From a virus (taxonomy: Duplodnaviria; Caudoviricetes): a stretch of DNA of 60,802 bases. The stretch lies in the IMG/VR virus record IMGVR_UViG_3300025127_000031, positions 1-60,802 of that record; one strand, written 5' to 3'. Of the stretch, positions 36,731 through 46,441 are shown one piece after another (the stretch's first letter is position 1; every line of letters begins with the position of its first letter). The position numbers were made by a program, and so were the translations under genes. A model generated the notes under the pieces. It saw nothing but the letters and a program-made list of their open reading frames with translations, did not search any database and was not told the DNA's origin.

Positions 36731-37486
36731 TCAGCTAACAGTGCGGTTAGGCAGATACTGCTCCATGTCGGCGTAAGCAACAGCCGTATCAGGACGGATG
36801 TAGCAAACTTCGACCAGGATGTAACCAGTACGTCCAGCAGCAACGTCATCAGCGTGAATGGAGAAGCCACCATTCAAAGAAGTAGCGTTAGTCGTTGCTT
36901 TTGAGTAGACCTCAAAAGTAGTATCAGTAGTTAGCTCTTCATAGAGCCACTCTTTAGTCACAATGCCAGTAATGTTCTGGAACGGGTTAGTACCGTATCC
37001 AGCAGTGCCAGCAGGGATGTTGTTAGAGGCTGCCGTTAAGTTTGCACCTTCCACAACACCAGAGGTGCTCACAGGGCCTGCAGGACCAAAAGCAACCACT
37101 TGGGTGCCACCAGAGGTCATCAGACCGCTTTCGGCAACACGACCGTCTCCCCAGCCTTGGGCTACGGAAAGGTTCGTGCGATACACATAAGCAGGACGGG
37201 TGGTATCAGCAGAAACCACCATGCCGGTGATGTCAGTGCGGGTATCATCGTTCCGATAGGGGGAAGGAATGATCACACTGGCAGAAGAGGTGTAACCAGT
37301 GGTGGTCACAGGAACGTAACCACGCAGTTGATAGAACTGCCAACCGGGATTGGCGAGAACAGATGTAGGGCCTCCATTGGAGGCATCGTTAGTGCCACTG
37401 TCGTTGGTATCAATATTTTTGTACCAACCATTAAGAGGCTCGTTGAAGTTACCGGGGTAAATCTTCTTAGCAGACAAATAAGCCAT
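36731..37486 (-). CDS. Capsid-associated structural protein
   Basis: 251 aa directly after the MCP; GGAG RBS. Confidence 0.7.
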   Translation of the reverse strand: MAYLSAKKIYPGNFNEPLNGWYKNIDTNDSGTNDASNGGPTSVLANPGWQFYQLRGYVPVTTTGYTSSASVIIPSPYRNDDTRTDITGMVVSADTTRPAYVYRTNLSVAQGWGDGRVAESGLMTSGGTQVVAFGPAGPVSTSGVVEGANLTAASNNIPAGTAGYGTNPFQNITGIVTKEWLYEELTTDTTFEVYSKATTNATSLNGGFSIHADDVAAGRTGYILVEVCYIRPDTAVAYADMEQYLPNRTVS

Positions 37487-37518
37487 TTATTTCTCCAAAT
37501 TAGTTTGAACTATAACAA

Positions 37519-38682
37519 TCAGACGGAACCGTCATCTTGAATGAAACTGAACGCATTTGTGATGAAATCTTTGTTCAAGATTTCAAAACCAGCATACAAT
37601 TGCCAGATTAAAATGATGAACCTAGAGAAGTCATCGTTGTTGTTAATTAACACTTGCGCGTTCGGTCCACCGATACCAACACCAACAGATTGAGGGCCAA
37701 AGAAGAAGCCTTGGGCAACTTCTTTAGAAGCATAGTTACCACCGCCGTCGAAAGAAGCAGTAACACTCTTAGATGGGAAGTTGGTTGACTCGAAGAACTT
37801 GACGCCTTCAAATTGTACACCAGTCGGCATTACAGGCTCACCAGCCAGGAAGTAGCCCTGACCTGCTTGGGGACCCATGTAGAAGCTGGAGTTGTTAGGC
37901 ATCATGGGGTTAGCCATGTACATGCCTTGACCAGGATTGCCAGCGTAACGGGCGATCTCGCGGAAGTCAGAATCACGACGCAGATGCAGCATGAAGACAG
38001 GATCGCAAATGCAGCGATACAGGCCATCAGCAAAGGTCGGCACGTTGCGCTTACGCAGGTCCTTGACGACTTCTAACAGGTCAGTGCGAACAGAGAACTG
38101 TTGGATTTGGTCACCATACTCATTGGCAGTGTAGGAAACACGTCCAGTAGCATCTTTCTCTTTACCACCAGCAAAGTAGTAACCACCTTGAGAAGCAGAA
38201 GCGGCTCCATTAGCTTCAGCTTTGGCTAATTCGTCAATGAAGACCCGGTCCCTCCAGCGTCGGTAATCATCTAACAGCGTCAAACTTCCTATGCTTTGAT
38301 GGAACATATTCAGGTTGCCCGTGTCAAGCAGCAGGCGCTGCGCAGTGATCAGGGTCTCCCGAGCAATTTTAAAAGTAGAAGGCTGAGTAGGATCACCCGG
38401 GTCCGCAGGACCTGTGTACTCTTTCAGCACAACCAACACTTTCTCTTTAGTGATGTTGCGGCTATTAGCGGTACCAATTGTTTGATCAGCAATACGCTCA
38501 CGAGAGTCCTTTGTACCAGGTGCCCCCCAGAACTTGTAGCGATCCAGTTGCACAGTCTGGCCGGGCTGGGATGTAAAGTCGTGGACGACTACAGGCTCAA
38601 CAGCCATCTCACAAACATAGGCTGGATGCGGACGGTATAATTCCGCGCCTAAAATCTTGGGAAAATCGTTATCAAGAAACAC
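37519..38682 (-). CDS. Major capsid protein
   Basis: 387 aa; GTG start with GGAGG; PGQTVQL, GVKFFESTN and DDFSRF HK97-like motifs; follows portal/scaffold. Confidence 0.85.
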   Translation of the reverse strand: MFLDNDFPKILGAELYRPHPAYVCEMAVEPVVVHDFTSQPGQTVQLDRYKFWGAPGTKDSRERIADQTIGTANSRNITKEKVLVVLKEYTGPADPGDPTQPSTFKIARETLITAQRLLLDTGNLNMFHQSIGSLTLLDDYRRWRDRVFIDELAKAEANGAASASQGGYYFAGGKEKDATGRVSYTANEYGDQIQQFSVRTDLLEVVKDLRKRNVPTFADGLYRCICDPVFMLHLRRDSDFREIARYAGNPGQGMYMANPMMPNNSSFYMGPQAGQGYFLAGEPVMPTGVQFEGVKFFESTNFPSKSVTASFDGGGNYASKEVAQGFFFGPQSVGVGIGGPNAQVLINNNDDFSRFIILIWQLYAGFEILNKDFITNAFSFIQDDGSV

Positions 38683-38792
38683 TTTCTTTTATCCTCCAGA
38701 TATTCGGAAAATTAAGTAATCGGGTGAAAGATTCGGGCATTCTATTGCCCTATCTAAAGAAAATTTTAGCAGTCTGTAATTTATTGGTGTAA

Positions 38793-39236
38793 TTAATACA
38801 TTACAGGGTATTGTTGCATGTTCATACGTGATCCAAGGGTATTACTTGAACCTGGCATTTCAGGGTCAATTGCCATCCCTTGTCCTAAAGCTGCACCTCC
38901 CATAGCTCCTAAACCTAAACCGGCTGTTGCTGGTGCGTATTGAGCAGCAATTCCTAAAGGATTGGTTGATAGCATTGCAACTTGTTGCCCTGCTCCACGT
39001 AAACCTTTTTGGACATCACGTGCCAAAAGACCAACACCTCCTAAACCACCTGCTTCCATATTCTTTCCGGGAATATATTCAGCAGCTCTAAACAAACCTT
39101 CAGCAGCTTTCTTTTGGCCTTTAGCTGCTGCAGACTGAACTTGTTTTCTTAGTTGAGGAGCATACCTGCCAGCAAGGCCGCTACCTAAAGCGGCCCCACC
39201 AATGGCACCTCCTGCTCCTAGCAAAAGAGGAAGCAT
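38793..39236 (-). CDS. Gly/Ala-rich hypothetical membrane-active protein
   Basis: Likely ATG 39236; glycine-zipper-like segments. Confidence 0.6.
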   Translation of the reverse strand: MLPLLLGAGGAIGGAALGSGLAGRYAPQLRKQVQSAAAKGQKKAAEGLFRAAEYIPGKNMEAGGLGGVGLLARDVQKGLRGAGQQVAMLSTNPLGIAAQYAPATAGLGLGAMGGAALGQGMAIDPEMPGSSNTLGSRMNMQQYPVMY

Positions 39237-39240
39237 TAGA

Positions 39241-40212
39241 TCACTCCATGACAAAGAGCTTGTTAGCAAACTGACGAGGGTCAGCTTGGTTCACCAAACG
39301 CCAGGCTTGGGAGGGATCAACATCCATCTGTTGTTTAAAGGAACCCCAGAAATCCTGAGGTTGTTGAGGTGCAGCTGCAGCCGGAGGTGCAGGCAGACCA
39401 GCAACATTCATGCCAGCTTGTCCAACAGGAGCGGTCGGATAACCACGAGTTTCCAGGTCAGCTTCAGATTCGTACACAGGGTACGGACCTTCAGGACCAA
39501 AGAACTTCAAGGTGTAATCAGACAGAACGTCAGGATTGGTCAGAATCTGGTTATAGGCAAGGTTTTCCTTATGCTCAGTAACAGAGAAGTTGGCGTAACC
39601 TTTTAAGCAATTAGTTGCCCTTTCTCCCCACGCGACGGCGCTGTCCAGCATCCCTTCCAGATTTAGGGCGTACTGATTCAGAATTGCCGGTGCCTCGGTT
39701 CCGTAGTTTGCTACCACCATCCGGCTTTCCGGACTCCACTCCAGCAGATTCGCCACGTCCTCTAAGGAGTTGATCGAGGAGGTTGGGGAAGAGTTGTTGG
39801 ATGATGTCTGGTTTGTTTGCCAGGTCGGCTGAGCCGATGGTGCCGAGGTTTGTGCCGGGGCTTGTGGTACTCCGTAATTCGCCGGGCTGTATTGAGTCGG
39901 AGAGGATGGTTGACCCTGGAACGGGGATTGCACCGGGCTGCCCAACAGGTTCACCACCTTGTTGAATGCCGACTCCCATGGATTGCCCTGCATTTGGTCC
40001 GAACCCTGGGATGGGGGGACGAATGTTGACGGGGCGGATTGGTAACTGGTAGTCCCCTGAGGTGCGGCCTGGGGAACCGCCTGGGGGTAAAGAGTTCCCA
40101 CTTGGGCCGGGGCTGGAGCTGCCGGTGCTGCCGGTGCTGCCGCCACGTAACTGCTCGGAGCCACTGCGGGTTGGCTCGTCTGTGGGATCGATTGGACGGT
40201 AGCGTCCTGCAT
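39241..40212 (-). CDS. Putative capsid scaffolding protein
   Basis: Pro/Gln/Ala-rich 323 aa between portal and MCP; AAGGAG 7 nt before ATG, inside the portal ORF. Confidence 0.75.
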   Translation of the reverse strand: MQDATVQSIPQTSQPAVAPSSYVAAAPAAPAAPAPAQVGTLYPQAVPQAAPQGTTSYQSAPSTFVPPSQGSDQMQGNPWESAFNKVVNLLGSPVQSPFQGQPSSPTQYSPANYGVPQAPAQTSAPSAQPTWQTNQTSSNNSSPTSSINSLEDVANLLEWSPESRMVVANYGTEAPAILNQYALNLEGMLDSAVAWGERATNCLKGYANFSVTEHKENLAYNQILTNPDVLSDYTLKFFGPEGPYPVYESEADLETRGYPTAPVGQAGMNVAGLPAPPAAAAPQQPQDFWGSFKQQMDVDPSQAWRLVNQADPRQFANKLFVME

Positions 40213-41956
40213 AACTCATCTCCTTTTGTAATGCTTCTAAGGTTCGATACAGATAGGGAGTTAAGTCCAAACGTGGATCTGCCGCCATAGGTAAATCCGG
40301 TGCTTGTGGGTGAGGGGTCTGCATCATTCCCCCCACTAAACGAGAAAACTGGGAATAAGCTCCCTGTAATTCGTTGACCATCCTGAACGGGAAGCCCGAG
40401 AGCATTTCCGCTCTTTCCTCATCGGTTTTTGATGGGAAAAGATATTTCAGTGCTTCTATGCTATCAACTCCTAATTCTTGTAAGTTTCTTACAACAATTG
40501 AATTGTTCAGGATATCTTGTGTTGAATCCTCATAAACAGGACCTAACCAACGCCAAAGCATTGTGATATCTCCATCAGGAATTAAGCCTTTAACCCCTGG
40601 TGGAATCATTTGTGCTTTGACACAAGCCATCATAAGTTGTTTCATGCGGCTGTCAAATTCAGCCATAGCTTGTTGATAACCAGCCTCTTCTTCTGGTGTT
40701 GCTTCTGGTCCAGGGGGCACTGGTTTTTCAAATTGTGCAGCAGCTGCAAGCGTATCTTTAAATAACTGTTCTTCTTGGAAAATAATTAATTCAAGGCAAC
40801 GACATAAACCATGCGTATAAATAGCATTAGCTTTCTTTTTGGCTGTCGCTGAGACACGACCAAATAATGATTTATATTCTGTAGCAGTAACACCTGCTGA
40901 AATTGATAATTCGTCTACACCACCTAATGATGTTCGGATTTCTTCTCGGTATTGCCGCACAAATGCATTTTGATCACCGGAAATTGCATCCGGAACAATA
41001 TAACCAACTCGATCATTTGGCTCCAGATTCGCAATCACTCTTGGGACTCTAATTTGCCCATCAACACCACGGCTGACTGGATCTTGTTTAAACGTTGAAC
41101 GACTTAATCCAAGGGGACTAGTAAAGCCTGAATTGGCTGCAATAGAAGGACGTTGTGCTGCTCCATCACCACCTGACTCCATCAAGTCAGTTTTAGGCCT
41201 GGATGATAATAAGGTTGGATTACCAAAGAACTGTAAGTTCTTTCGCATGTTATTAACTAAACCATCATGGATAACAATATGATTTGCTAAAGCATCAAAC
41301 TCTCCACTGCCTTCCATAGAGAACCCTTTCGGATTATTGAAAATTTCTACGCAAGGAATAAAACGAAGTGCATTGGTAAACTTTTCAGTTTTACCAGGGA
41401 CTTGTCCCATTGCATTTTCAAACGAAATTTCTCCGTCTGAATGAGTCTCTTCAATAACGTTTGCTTTAATTGAAAGACGAATATATTTCTTTTGTCCTGG
41501 TGTTTGGTTTGGATCACCAGTTAAATTGTACGTACCAATATCTTGAAAACCTGTATTAGGTTTTTTGACTTTATAGCTGTAAATAATGACAACCTCTTCT
41601 AGTTCACCATCGACATTGTAATAAGAGCGATACTCATGATTACGAAAATAATAGAGACGATAATTATTTTCAGTAGGCCGGATATAAAACAGTCCTTTTC
41701 CATCACATAGGAAATAGTCCCATATTGAATCAAGGCGAGTATCTAGTTTGTTATATTTGACAACTTTATCGATAAAATCTTTGCGTTGTGCACCAAAGTT
41801 GTCTTGTGACGGAAAGAACTCAACTCCTTGGCGAATACCAAAGAGTTTCATTTGAGCGATATGAGACGCAACAATTCCCGTATCTACATTAGAACTTCCA
41901 TCTCGATCGATGTAAGAATCAATAATTTCCTTAAGACGAGACTTAGCGTCAGACAT
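39611..41956 (-). CDS. Portal protein with ~200-aa C-terminal extension overlapping the scaffold gene
   Basis: Position between terminase and scaffold; FIPCVEIFNN, FFGNP and ITMLWRW portal-like motifs. Confidence 0.8.
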   Translation of the reverse strand: MSDAKSRLKEIIDSYIDRDGSSNVDTGIVASHIAQMKLFGIRQGVEFFPSQDNFGAQRKDFIDKVVKYNKLDTRLDSIWDYFLCDGKGLFYIRPTENNYRLYYFRNHEYRSYYNVDGELEEVVIIYSYKVKKPNTGFQDIGTYNLTGDPNQTPGQKKYIRLSIKANVIEETHSDGEISFENAMGQVPGKTEKFTNALRFIPCVEIFNNPKGFSMEGSGEFDALANHIVIHDGLVNNMRKNLQFFGNPTLLSSRPKTDLMESGGDGAAQRPSIAANSGFTSPLGLSRSTFKQDPVSRGVDGQIRVPRVIANLEPNDRVGYIVPDAISGDQNAFVRQYREEIRTSLGGVDELSISAGVTATEYKSLFGRVSATAKKKANAIYTHGLCRCLELIIFQEEQLFKDTLAAAAQFEKPVPPGPEATPEEEAGYQQAMAEFDSRMKQLMMACVKAQMIPPGVKGLIPDGDITMLWRWLGPVYEDSTQDILNNSIVVRNLQELGVDSIEALKYLFPSKTDEERAEMLSGFPFRMVNELQGAYSQFSRLVGGMMQTPHPQAPDLPMAADPRLDLTPYLYRTLEALQKEMSYAGRYRPIDPTDEPTRSGSEQLRGGSTGSTGSSSPGPSGNSLPPGGSPGRTSGDYQLPIRPVNIRPPIPGFGPNAGQSMGVGIQQGGEPVGQPGAIPVPGSTILSDSIQPGELRSTTSPGTNLGTIGSADLANKPDIIQQLFPNLLDQLLRGRGESAGVESGKPDGGSKLRNRGTGNSESVRPKSGRDAGQRRRVGRKGN

Positions 41957-41960
41957 TTAA

Positions 41961-42170
41961 CTATTTACGACCCTTTTGTTTATACATCCTAGCAGCTCTG
42001 CCTGCTTTTTTAGCCTTCTCTGTGTTAGGAACAAACTGTTTCCCCTTACGAGAACCAGCTCGTTTTTTCCGATCAGTATCCTCCCTTTCTTCTTTAGAAA
42101 GTTTGGCCCATGCTTTCTTAGGAAGATAACGTTTAGTCGTACCGTCTTTTTGAATTGCTTTATCTGCCAT
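41961..42170 (-). CDS. Small basic protein
   Basis: RYLPKKAWAKLS..E...T.RKKR.G...GKQFV. Confidence 0.7.
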   Translation of the reverse strand: MADKAIQKDGTTKRYLPKKAWAKLSKEEREDTDRKKRAGSRKGKQFVPNTEKAKKAGRAARMYKQKGRK

Positions 42171-42171
42171 T

Positions 42172-42342
42172 TTAAGTTTCCGTTTCTAAGCACTCAGGCC
42201 ATGTTTTTGTTTTAAAAACTTCATGTATATTTTGACGTTGTTGATGATTCTCTGGTCTTTGAAAAAACGGATCATCATACAAACGTTCAATAGCTCCATG
42301 ATACTGGGAACAACTCATCATCCAGGCAAGCAATACTTCCAT
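42172..42342 (-). CDS. Small hypothetical protein (56 aa)
   Basis: Missed by ORF track; MEVLLAWMMSCSQY...; fills the gap exactly. Confidence 0.5.
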   Translation of the reverse strand: MEVLLAWMMSCSQYHGAIERLYDDPFFQRPENHQQRQNIHEVFKTKTWPECLETET

Positions 42343-42461
42343 TATTTATTCATGTATTTACCAGCAAGCTTGTCAAGTTTTTTGGCTTGGCTAGCGTGCA
42401 TCTTTGCACTGCCTTTTAGCTGTTTAGAAATTTTTTGTAAGTCTTTAACTTGTTTTTTCAT
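42342..42461 (-). CDS. Small basic protein (39 aa)
   Basis: Missed by ORF track; KISKQLKGSAKMHASQAKKL. Confidence 0.55.
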   Translation of the reverse strand: MKKQVKDLQKISKQLKGSAKMHASQAKKLDKLAGKYMNK

Positions 42462-42466
42462 GATGA

Positions 42467-42673
42467 TCAAGGTTTAGTAATTTTTAAAATTTCATTGACA
42501 ACCTGAGGAGAGTAACCGCTATTTTTTAATTGGGATACCGCAAAAGGATATTGAAAATCTAATAAAGCTTTTTGAAGTTCAGCGTTGTTGGTTTGCCGCG
42601 CAAGAGAATGCATTAATTTTTGATCTGGAAAAATTTCGGGTGTGTAATTATTATATTTACCTGCTATTCTCAT
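42467..42673 (-). CDS. Hypothetical protein
   Basis: 68 aa; ATGA-coupled. Confidence 0.55.
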   Translation of the reverse strand: MRIAGKYNNYTPEIFPDQKLMHSLARQTNNAELQKALLDFQYPFAVSQLKNSGYSPQVVNEILKITKP

Positions 42674-42957
42674 GAGTTTTTCTCCTTAGCTTTCTTGGCT
42701 GCAGTAGCAGCTTTTTTACTTTTCTCATATTGGTCTTTAGTTTGCCAATCTTCTTTACCCCATTTTTTCAAAGATTTTTGTTTTTTACCTTCACCACCTT
42801 TATAACCGCCACCTTTCTTCTTGTATTCAGCAGCAACCATTTGTGCTTTCCGAGCAGACCACTGACCAGGCTTACCACCTTTACTACCAGCGGTGATGCG
42901 CTTTTTAATTGATTCGCGCAGTCCTGGTTTTGTATATTTGGAATCGTCTTGTGCCAT
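42670..42957 (-). CDS. Small basic protein
   Basis: YTKPGLR...GSKGGKPGQWSARKAQ...YKKKGGGY. Confidence 0.75.
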   Translation of the reverse strand: MAQDDSKYTKPGLRESIKKRITAGSKGGKPGQWSARKAQMVAAEYKKKGGGYKGGEGKKQKSLKKWGKEDWQTKDQYEKSKKAATAAKKAKEKNS

Positions 42958-43322
42958 TAGCTTACATATTTATTTTGAAAGCCCATGGGTAAACCTTGCG
43001 CTTGCTGAAGAGGAAGTGGAATAAATTGCATTTCTTCTTCTCTTTTTTCTTCTCCTCGATAAGGCAAATATGGACCAAAGCGATAAGGAGACTGACCCCC
43101 TGGAATTTCAAAGCTAGGTGTAGCAGTTATATAAGGAAGCGTTTGTATGTTTCCTGGAGCACCAGGGATGTTTAATCCTCCGCTATAACGAGGAGCACGG
43201 TAAAAAGGATTCTCTGGATAAGCTTCTTGATCAGTTAAAAAACCACGGCCTGGATAATATGTCCTGGGTATTTCATCCATAGGAAAAGAATATCCTTGTT
43301 GTTGAGCTACTAAATTATTCAT
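42957..43322 (-). CDS. Hypothetical protein
   Basis: 121 aa; TAGAAT 20 nt upstream. Confidence 0.6.
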   Translation of the reverse strand: MNNLVAQQQGYSFPMDEIPRTYYPGRGFLTDQEAYPENPFYRAPRYSGGLNIPGAPGNIQTLPYITATPSFEIPGGQSPYRFGPYLPYRGEEKREEEMQFIPLPLQQAQGLPMGFQNKYVS

Positions 43323-43340
43323 CTAATTTAAAACTTTTTA

Positions 43341-43520
43341 TTATTCTAAAGGTTCAAAGCCTCCTTCACCATTTAAACGTTGAATAATAATTCCATCACC
43401 TTTTATATCCCAAGTTAATAAAGTTTCAGGTTCCCAACCTAGGGTTTCAATGACTTCTTCTGGAATTTGAACGTATAAATCACCATTTTCTAGTTCTTCA
43501 ACTTCAATAAAGTAACTCAT
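43341..43520 (-). CDS. AbrB/MazE-like small DNA-binding protein (59 aa)
   Basis: Missed by ORF track; ENGDLYVQIPEEVIETLGWEPETLLTW. Confidence 0.6.
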   Translation of the reverse strand: MSYFIEVEELENGDLYVQIPEEVIETLGWEPETLLTWDIKGDGIIIQRLNGEGGFEPLE

Positions 43521-43741
43521 TTGGAAAGGATCTTTTCCACAAGTTTATCAAGTTTATTATTAATTTCACTAAACTCATCATTCATTCTTTCCATCTCTCG
43601 TATATAATCTTGTTTTAAAACGTATTCAAGGGGTAGTCGATCAATGCGATCTTCTAGGCTACGCATTCGACCAAAGACTTTACTAATAAACCAACCGCCA
43701 CCAGAGACAGCTGCAATACCTAAAGCTACGAGTTGTTCCAT
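43517..43741 (-). CDS. Small TM plus coiled-coil protein
   Basis: ATG overlaps the terminase stop (TAATG); MEQLVALGIAAVSGGGW... Confidence 0.6.
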   Translation of the reverse strand: MEQLVALGIAAVSGGGWFISKVFGRMRSLEDRIDRLPLEYVLKQDYIREMERMNDEFSEINNKLDKLVEKILSK

Positions 43742-45267
43742 TAGTAATCCAACTGGAGTTTTCCTTTGCGAGTTAATCCTGTAATAAGCCATACCAATGC
43801 ATCAACACAGTCATCATGAGAGCTAACGCCAAAATTTGTAAGCTCTTCAAACATTGTCGTAAAGTTTCGGTATCTGTTAAATACTATTTTACGGTCTTCA
43901 AACATTCCCATGATTCCACGAAAACGTGCAAGTTTATCTGCTCTGAAGCCTTTGACAGGATGCCAAATTAAATTATACAAACCCTCATTATTTAAACAAA
44001 TACGTTTAAAGTCAGCTTCTAAAGAAGCCTGGTATTGCACAGCTTCTGACCAAATATCACACGTTGAATATGTTGGAAAATATGTACCATCTTCTTGACA
44101 ACCAATGACTGACCAGTCATTAAGAAGCTCTTTTAATGCATCTAATTTTTCTAGGTTACCCATAACACGTAACCTTCTGTAATCAATAATATGGATTTTA
44201 TCGCCAATTCGCCCACCAAGAACCATGACGGTATAGTCATTTTTCTCTTTGGTACCTGCAGAAAGGTCAACTCCAATACCAAGTGTGTCAAATTCGGTTG
44301 CAATTTCTGCTTTTACTAGTAACTCTGGTGCCAGGGACAGCTCATTTTGCCTGACAATTTGATTCATATATTGAAAAGAAAAAGCAATAGGGGCTTGCCT
44401 CTTCTTCTCTTTTAGATAATCTAAGGACCACATTGCAGGCCAATATGACTCCTCTTCGCCCGTTACGTCATTATTTAAAATGGCAGAAAGGACAATCTGC
44501 ATCCAGTTATTATTTGGACAGAACGTGGTCGAATGAATGTCATCATGACGGAAGCGTGTACCAAGACAAATCGCACGACCTCCTTCAAACATCGTTGGAG
44601 CAATCACGGCGTTCCAGTTATCCTGCATCATCTTGCGGATGTCTGGGTTGCCAATATCTGAAGCAGATTTTATTGGGTCATCAATTATCACAAGTTGAGA
44701 ACGTTTTGAAGTCACAGAACCCTTGAGTCCTGCGGCACATAAAGTAAACTGTTCTTCACCTGTTGTATCAATACCAGCAAATTTATGGTCGATAGACCAG
44801 TATTCATTACTTGTAACGTTTTTGAGCAACTTAACGGTAGGGAATACCTCTTGATATTTTTTTGATTCAATAATTCGTTTGATTGTTGCTGATTTAGATC
44901 TTGCAATGTCAACCGTATAACTCAAATAAAGAATTTGTAATGGTTTTTTTGCTTGTGTATGAATACCAATAGCCCAAGCAGTAAATAAACCAAGTACTGT
45001 AGATTTAGCTGATCCTCTAGGACCAAGTAAATCAATATTGGGACCGGCAATTTTTAAAAGGCAAGAGCTATCATTATTTGTTACAAGTTGTTTATGCCAT
45101 TCTTTATGGTGTTCTGCTGGAGGTTTATCGGCTACATAAGAACAAAAAAAACCAAAATCTTCTCTAGCTTTCTCAAATAACTCTTCTTTACTGCTTTTAC
45201 GAACTTTATGTTTTTTCGCAGCAGCCTGTGCGTTACGTCGGTAAGCTAGATGAAGATGAGAAGGCAC
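43741..45267 (-). CDS. terL: Terminase large subunit
   Basis: Walker A PRGSAKST, Walker B IIDDP, GTRF..DD, nuclease GVDLS..DYT and HDDCVDA. Confidence 0.93.
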   Translation of the reverse strand: MPSHLHLAYRRNAQAAAKKHKVRKSSKEELFEKAREDFGFFCSYVADKPPAEHHKEWHKQLVTNNDSSCLLKIAGPNIDLLGPRGSAKSTVLGLFTAWAIGIHTQAKKPLQILYLSYTVDIARSKSATIKRIIESKKYQEVFPTVKLLKNVTSNEYWSIDHKFAGIDTTGEEQFTLCAAGLKGSVTSKRSQLVIIDDPIKSASDIGNPDIRKMMQDNWNAVIAPTMFEGGRAICLGTRFRHDDIHSTTFCPNNNWMQIVLSAILNNDVTGEEESYWPAMWSLDYLKEKKRQAPIAFSFQYMNQIVRQNELSLAPELLVKAEIATEFDTLGIGVDLSAGTKEKNDYTVMVLGGRIGDKIHIIDYRRLRVMGNLEKLDALKELLNDWSVIGCQEDGTYFPTYSTCDIWSEAVQYQASLEADFKRICLNNEGLYNLIWHPVKGFRADKLARFRGIMGMFEDRKIVFNRYRNFTTMFEELTNFGVSSHDDCVDALVWLITGLTRKGKLQLDY

Positions 45268-45297
45268 TATTTAACCTCTTGTTACTTAAATAGTACC

Positions 45298-45459
45298 TTA
45301 CTTCTTATCTTTGTCTTCTTTTTTATCTTTATGTTTTTTAGCTGCTTTAGCTGCCTTTAACCCTTTTTCTGCAGATTCTTCTGCATCTTTGCCCTTCTTG
45401 GATTCATTTTTCTTTTTAAAGTGCTCCAGGAGTTGGGGCGGCATTTTATTCTTTGCCAT
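45298..45459 (-). CDS. Small Lys-rich protein (53 aa)
   Basis: Missed by ORF track; MAKNKMPPQLLEHFKKK... Confidence 0.55.
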   Translation of the reverse strand: MAKNKMPPQLLEHFKKKNESKKGKDAEESAEKGLKAAKAAKKHKDKKEDKDKK

Positions 45460-45460
45460 T

Positions 45461-45685
45461 TTATTTAGACCGAGCGTTTAACAATTGTTGGAATTTATCC
45501 GAAGGATCAACACCTGGTTCGAGTGAATCAGCGTTGGAAGGTAAAGGAGAAGGGGCTAAATCAGTCGCCGCATTTTGTGGTGGCTGATTAGGCAATGTAG
45601 GAACATTATAGTTCCGATTCTTCTCCAAATCAGTCAGCATTTGTAATACTGACATTCTTGTAAAAGATGGGCTATTTTGTTCCAT
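45461..45685 (-). CDS. Hypothetical protein
   Basis: 74-aa ORF in operon. Confidence 0.55.
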   Translation of the reverse strand: MEQNSPSFTRMSVLQMLTDLEKNRNYNVPTLPNQPPQNAATDLAPSPLPSNADSLEPGVDPSDKFQQLLNARSK

Positions 45686-45690
45686 ACATA

Positions 45691-46266
45691 TTAATCTTCA
45701 AATTGCATTCTAGCCCAAACAGACATTGAAGCCTCTTGTAAAGGTCCTTCAATAGGATCATCTTTAAAAATAGAAGCAACTTCACGTAATGCACGGTCAG
45801 CACCAGCCATCAAAAGACCTTTACGGTCACGAGAAGAAACAAAAGAATCAACCTGGGAGATAGTTCCACGCAATTCTTTTTGCATAGCAGCAATGCGAGC
45901 AACACCGACATCTCGCTTAACCGCATAGTTTTCAATATCCATTCTTAACTTTCTAATGTCTTCTTGCATTTCTTCAATCTCATGCAACAAAACTTTAAGA
46001 TGATCTGGTTTTAAAAAATTATCTTTTAACCATAAATCAACAGCTACAATACTACTGTCATAACCAAGAAACTTAGCATACAAATAAACCTGTATAACAG
46101 AGAAAGATTCCTCTGCAAAAGAACAGAAAGACTCCTTGGTCGAGCTGTCTAAATTATCTACCCAATGGTTAAAGACTTTTAAGTCAATATCAGAATCGGT
46201 ATGCTTGTTGGGCCTGGCGGTAATCCCGGTCTTCGTCTTTTTCAGAGAATCGCTGCTTTTGCTCAT
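45691..46266 (-). CDS. Helical/coiled-coil protein, possible terminase small subunit
   Basis: Size and position upstream of terL; start uncertain (overlaps the upstream gene). Confidence 0.55.
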   Translation of the reverse strand: MSKSSDSLKKTKTGITARPNKHTDSDIDLKVFNHWVDNLDSSTKESFCSFAEESFSVIQVYLYAKFLGYDSSIVAVDLWLKDNFLKPDHLKVLLHEIEEMQEDIRKLRMDIENYAVKRDVGVARIAAMQKELRGTISQVDSFVSSRDRKGLLMAGADRALREVASIFKDDPIEGPLQEASMSVWARMQFED

Positions 46267-46441
46267 TAGTCTTACGTTCTTCTTCTGCAAGATTACTCTG
46301 TTTCTTCATGGTTGAACCAACAGAAACATCCTGGAAGATTTTTACTGCTTTAGCCGCTTGACGTGCTTTATCTTCATCAAAGAAAAGATTAGTTACGTCA
46401 TCAGCATCCTCATCATACATTGCACTGATTGCATCAGCCAT
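46190..46441 (-). CDS. Hypothetical protein
   Basis: 83 aa. Confidence 0.6.
   Translation of the reverse strand: MADAISAMYDEDADDVTNLFFDEDKARQAAKAVKIFQDVSVGSTMKKQSNLAEEERKTNEQKQRFSEKDEDRDYRQAQQAYRF

Noticed and set aside
36963-40290. Plus-strand ORFs antisense to capsid, scaffold and portal genes
   Set aside because: Shadow ORFs expected from codon bias and higher GC; no RBS or recognisable motifs
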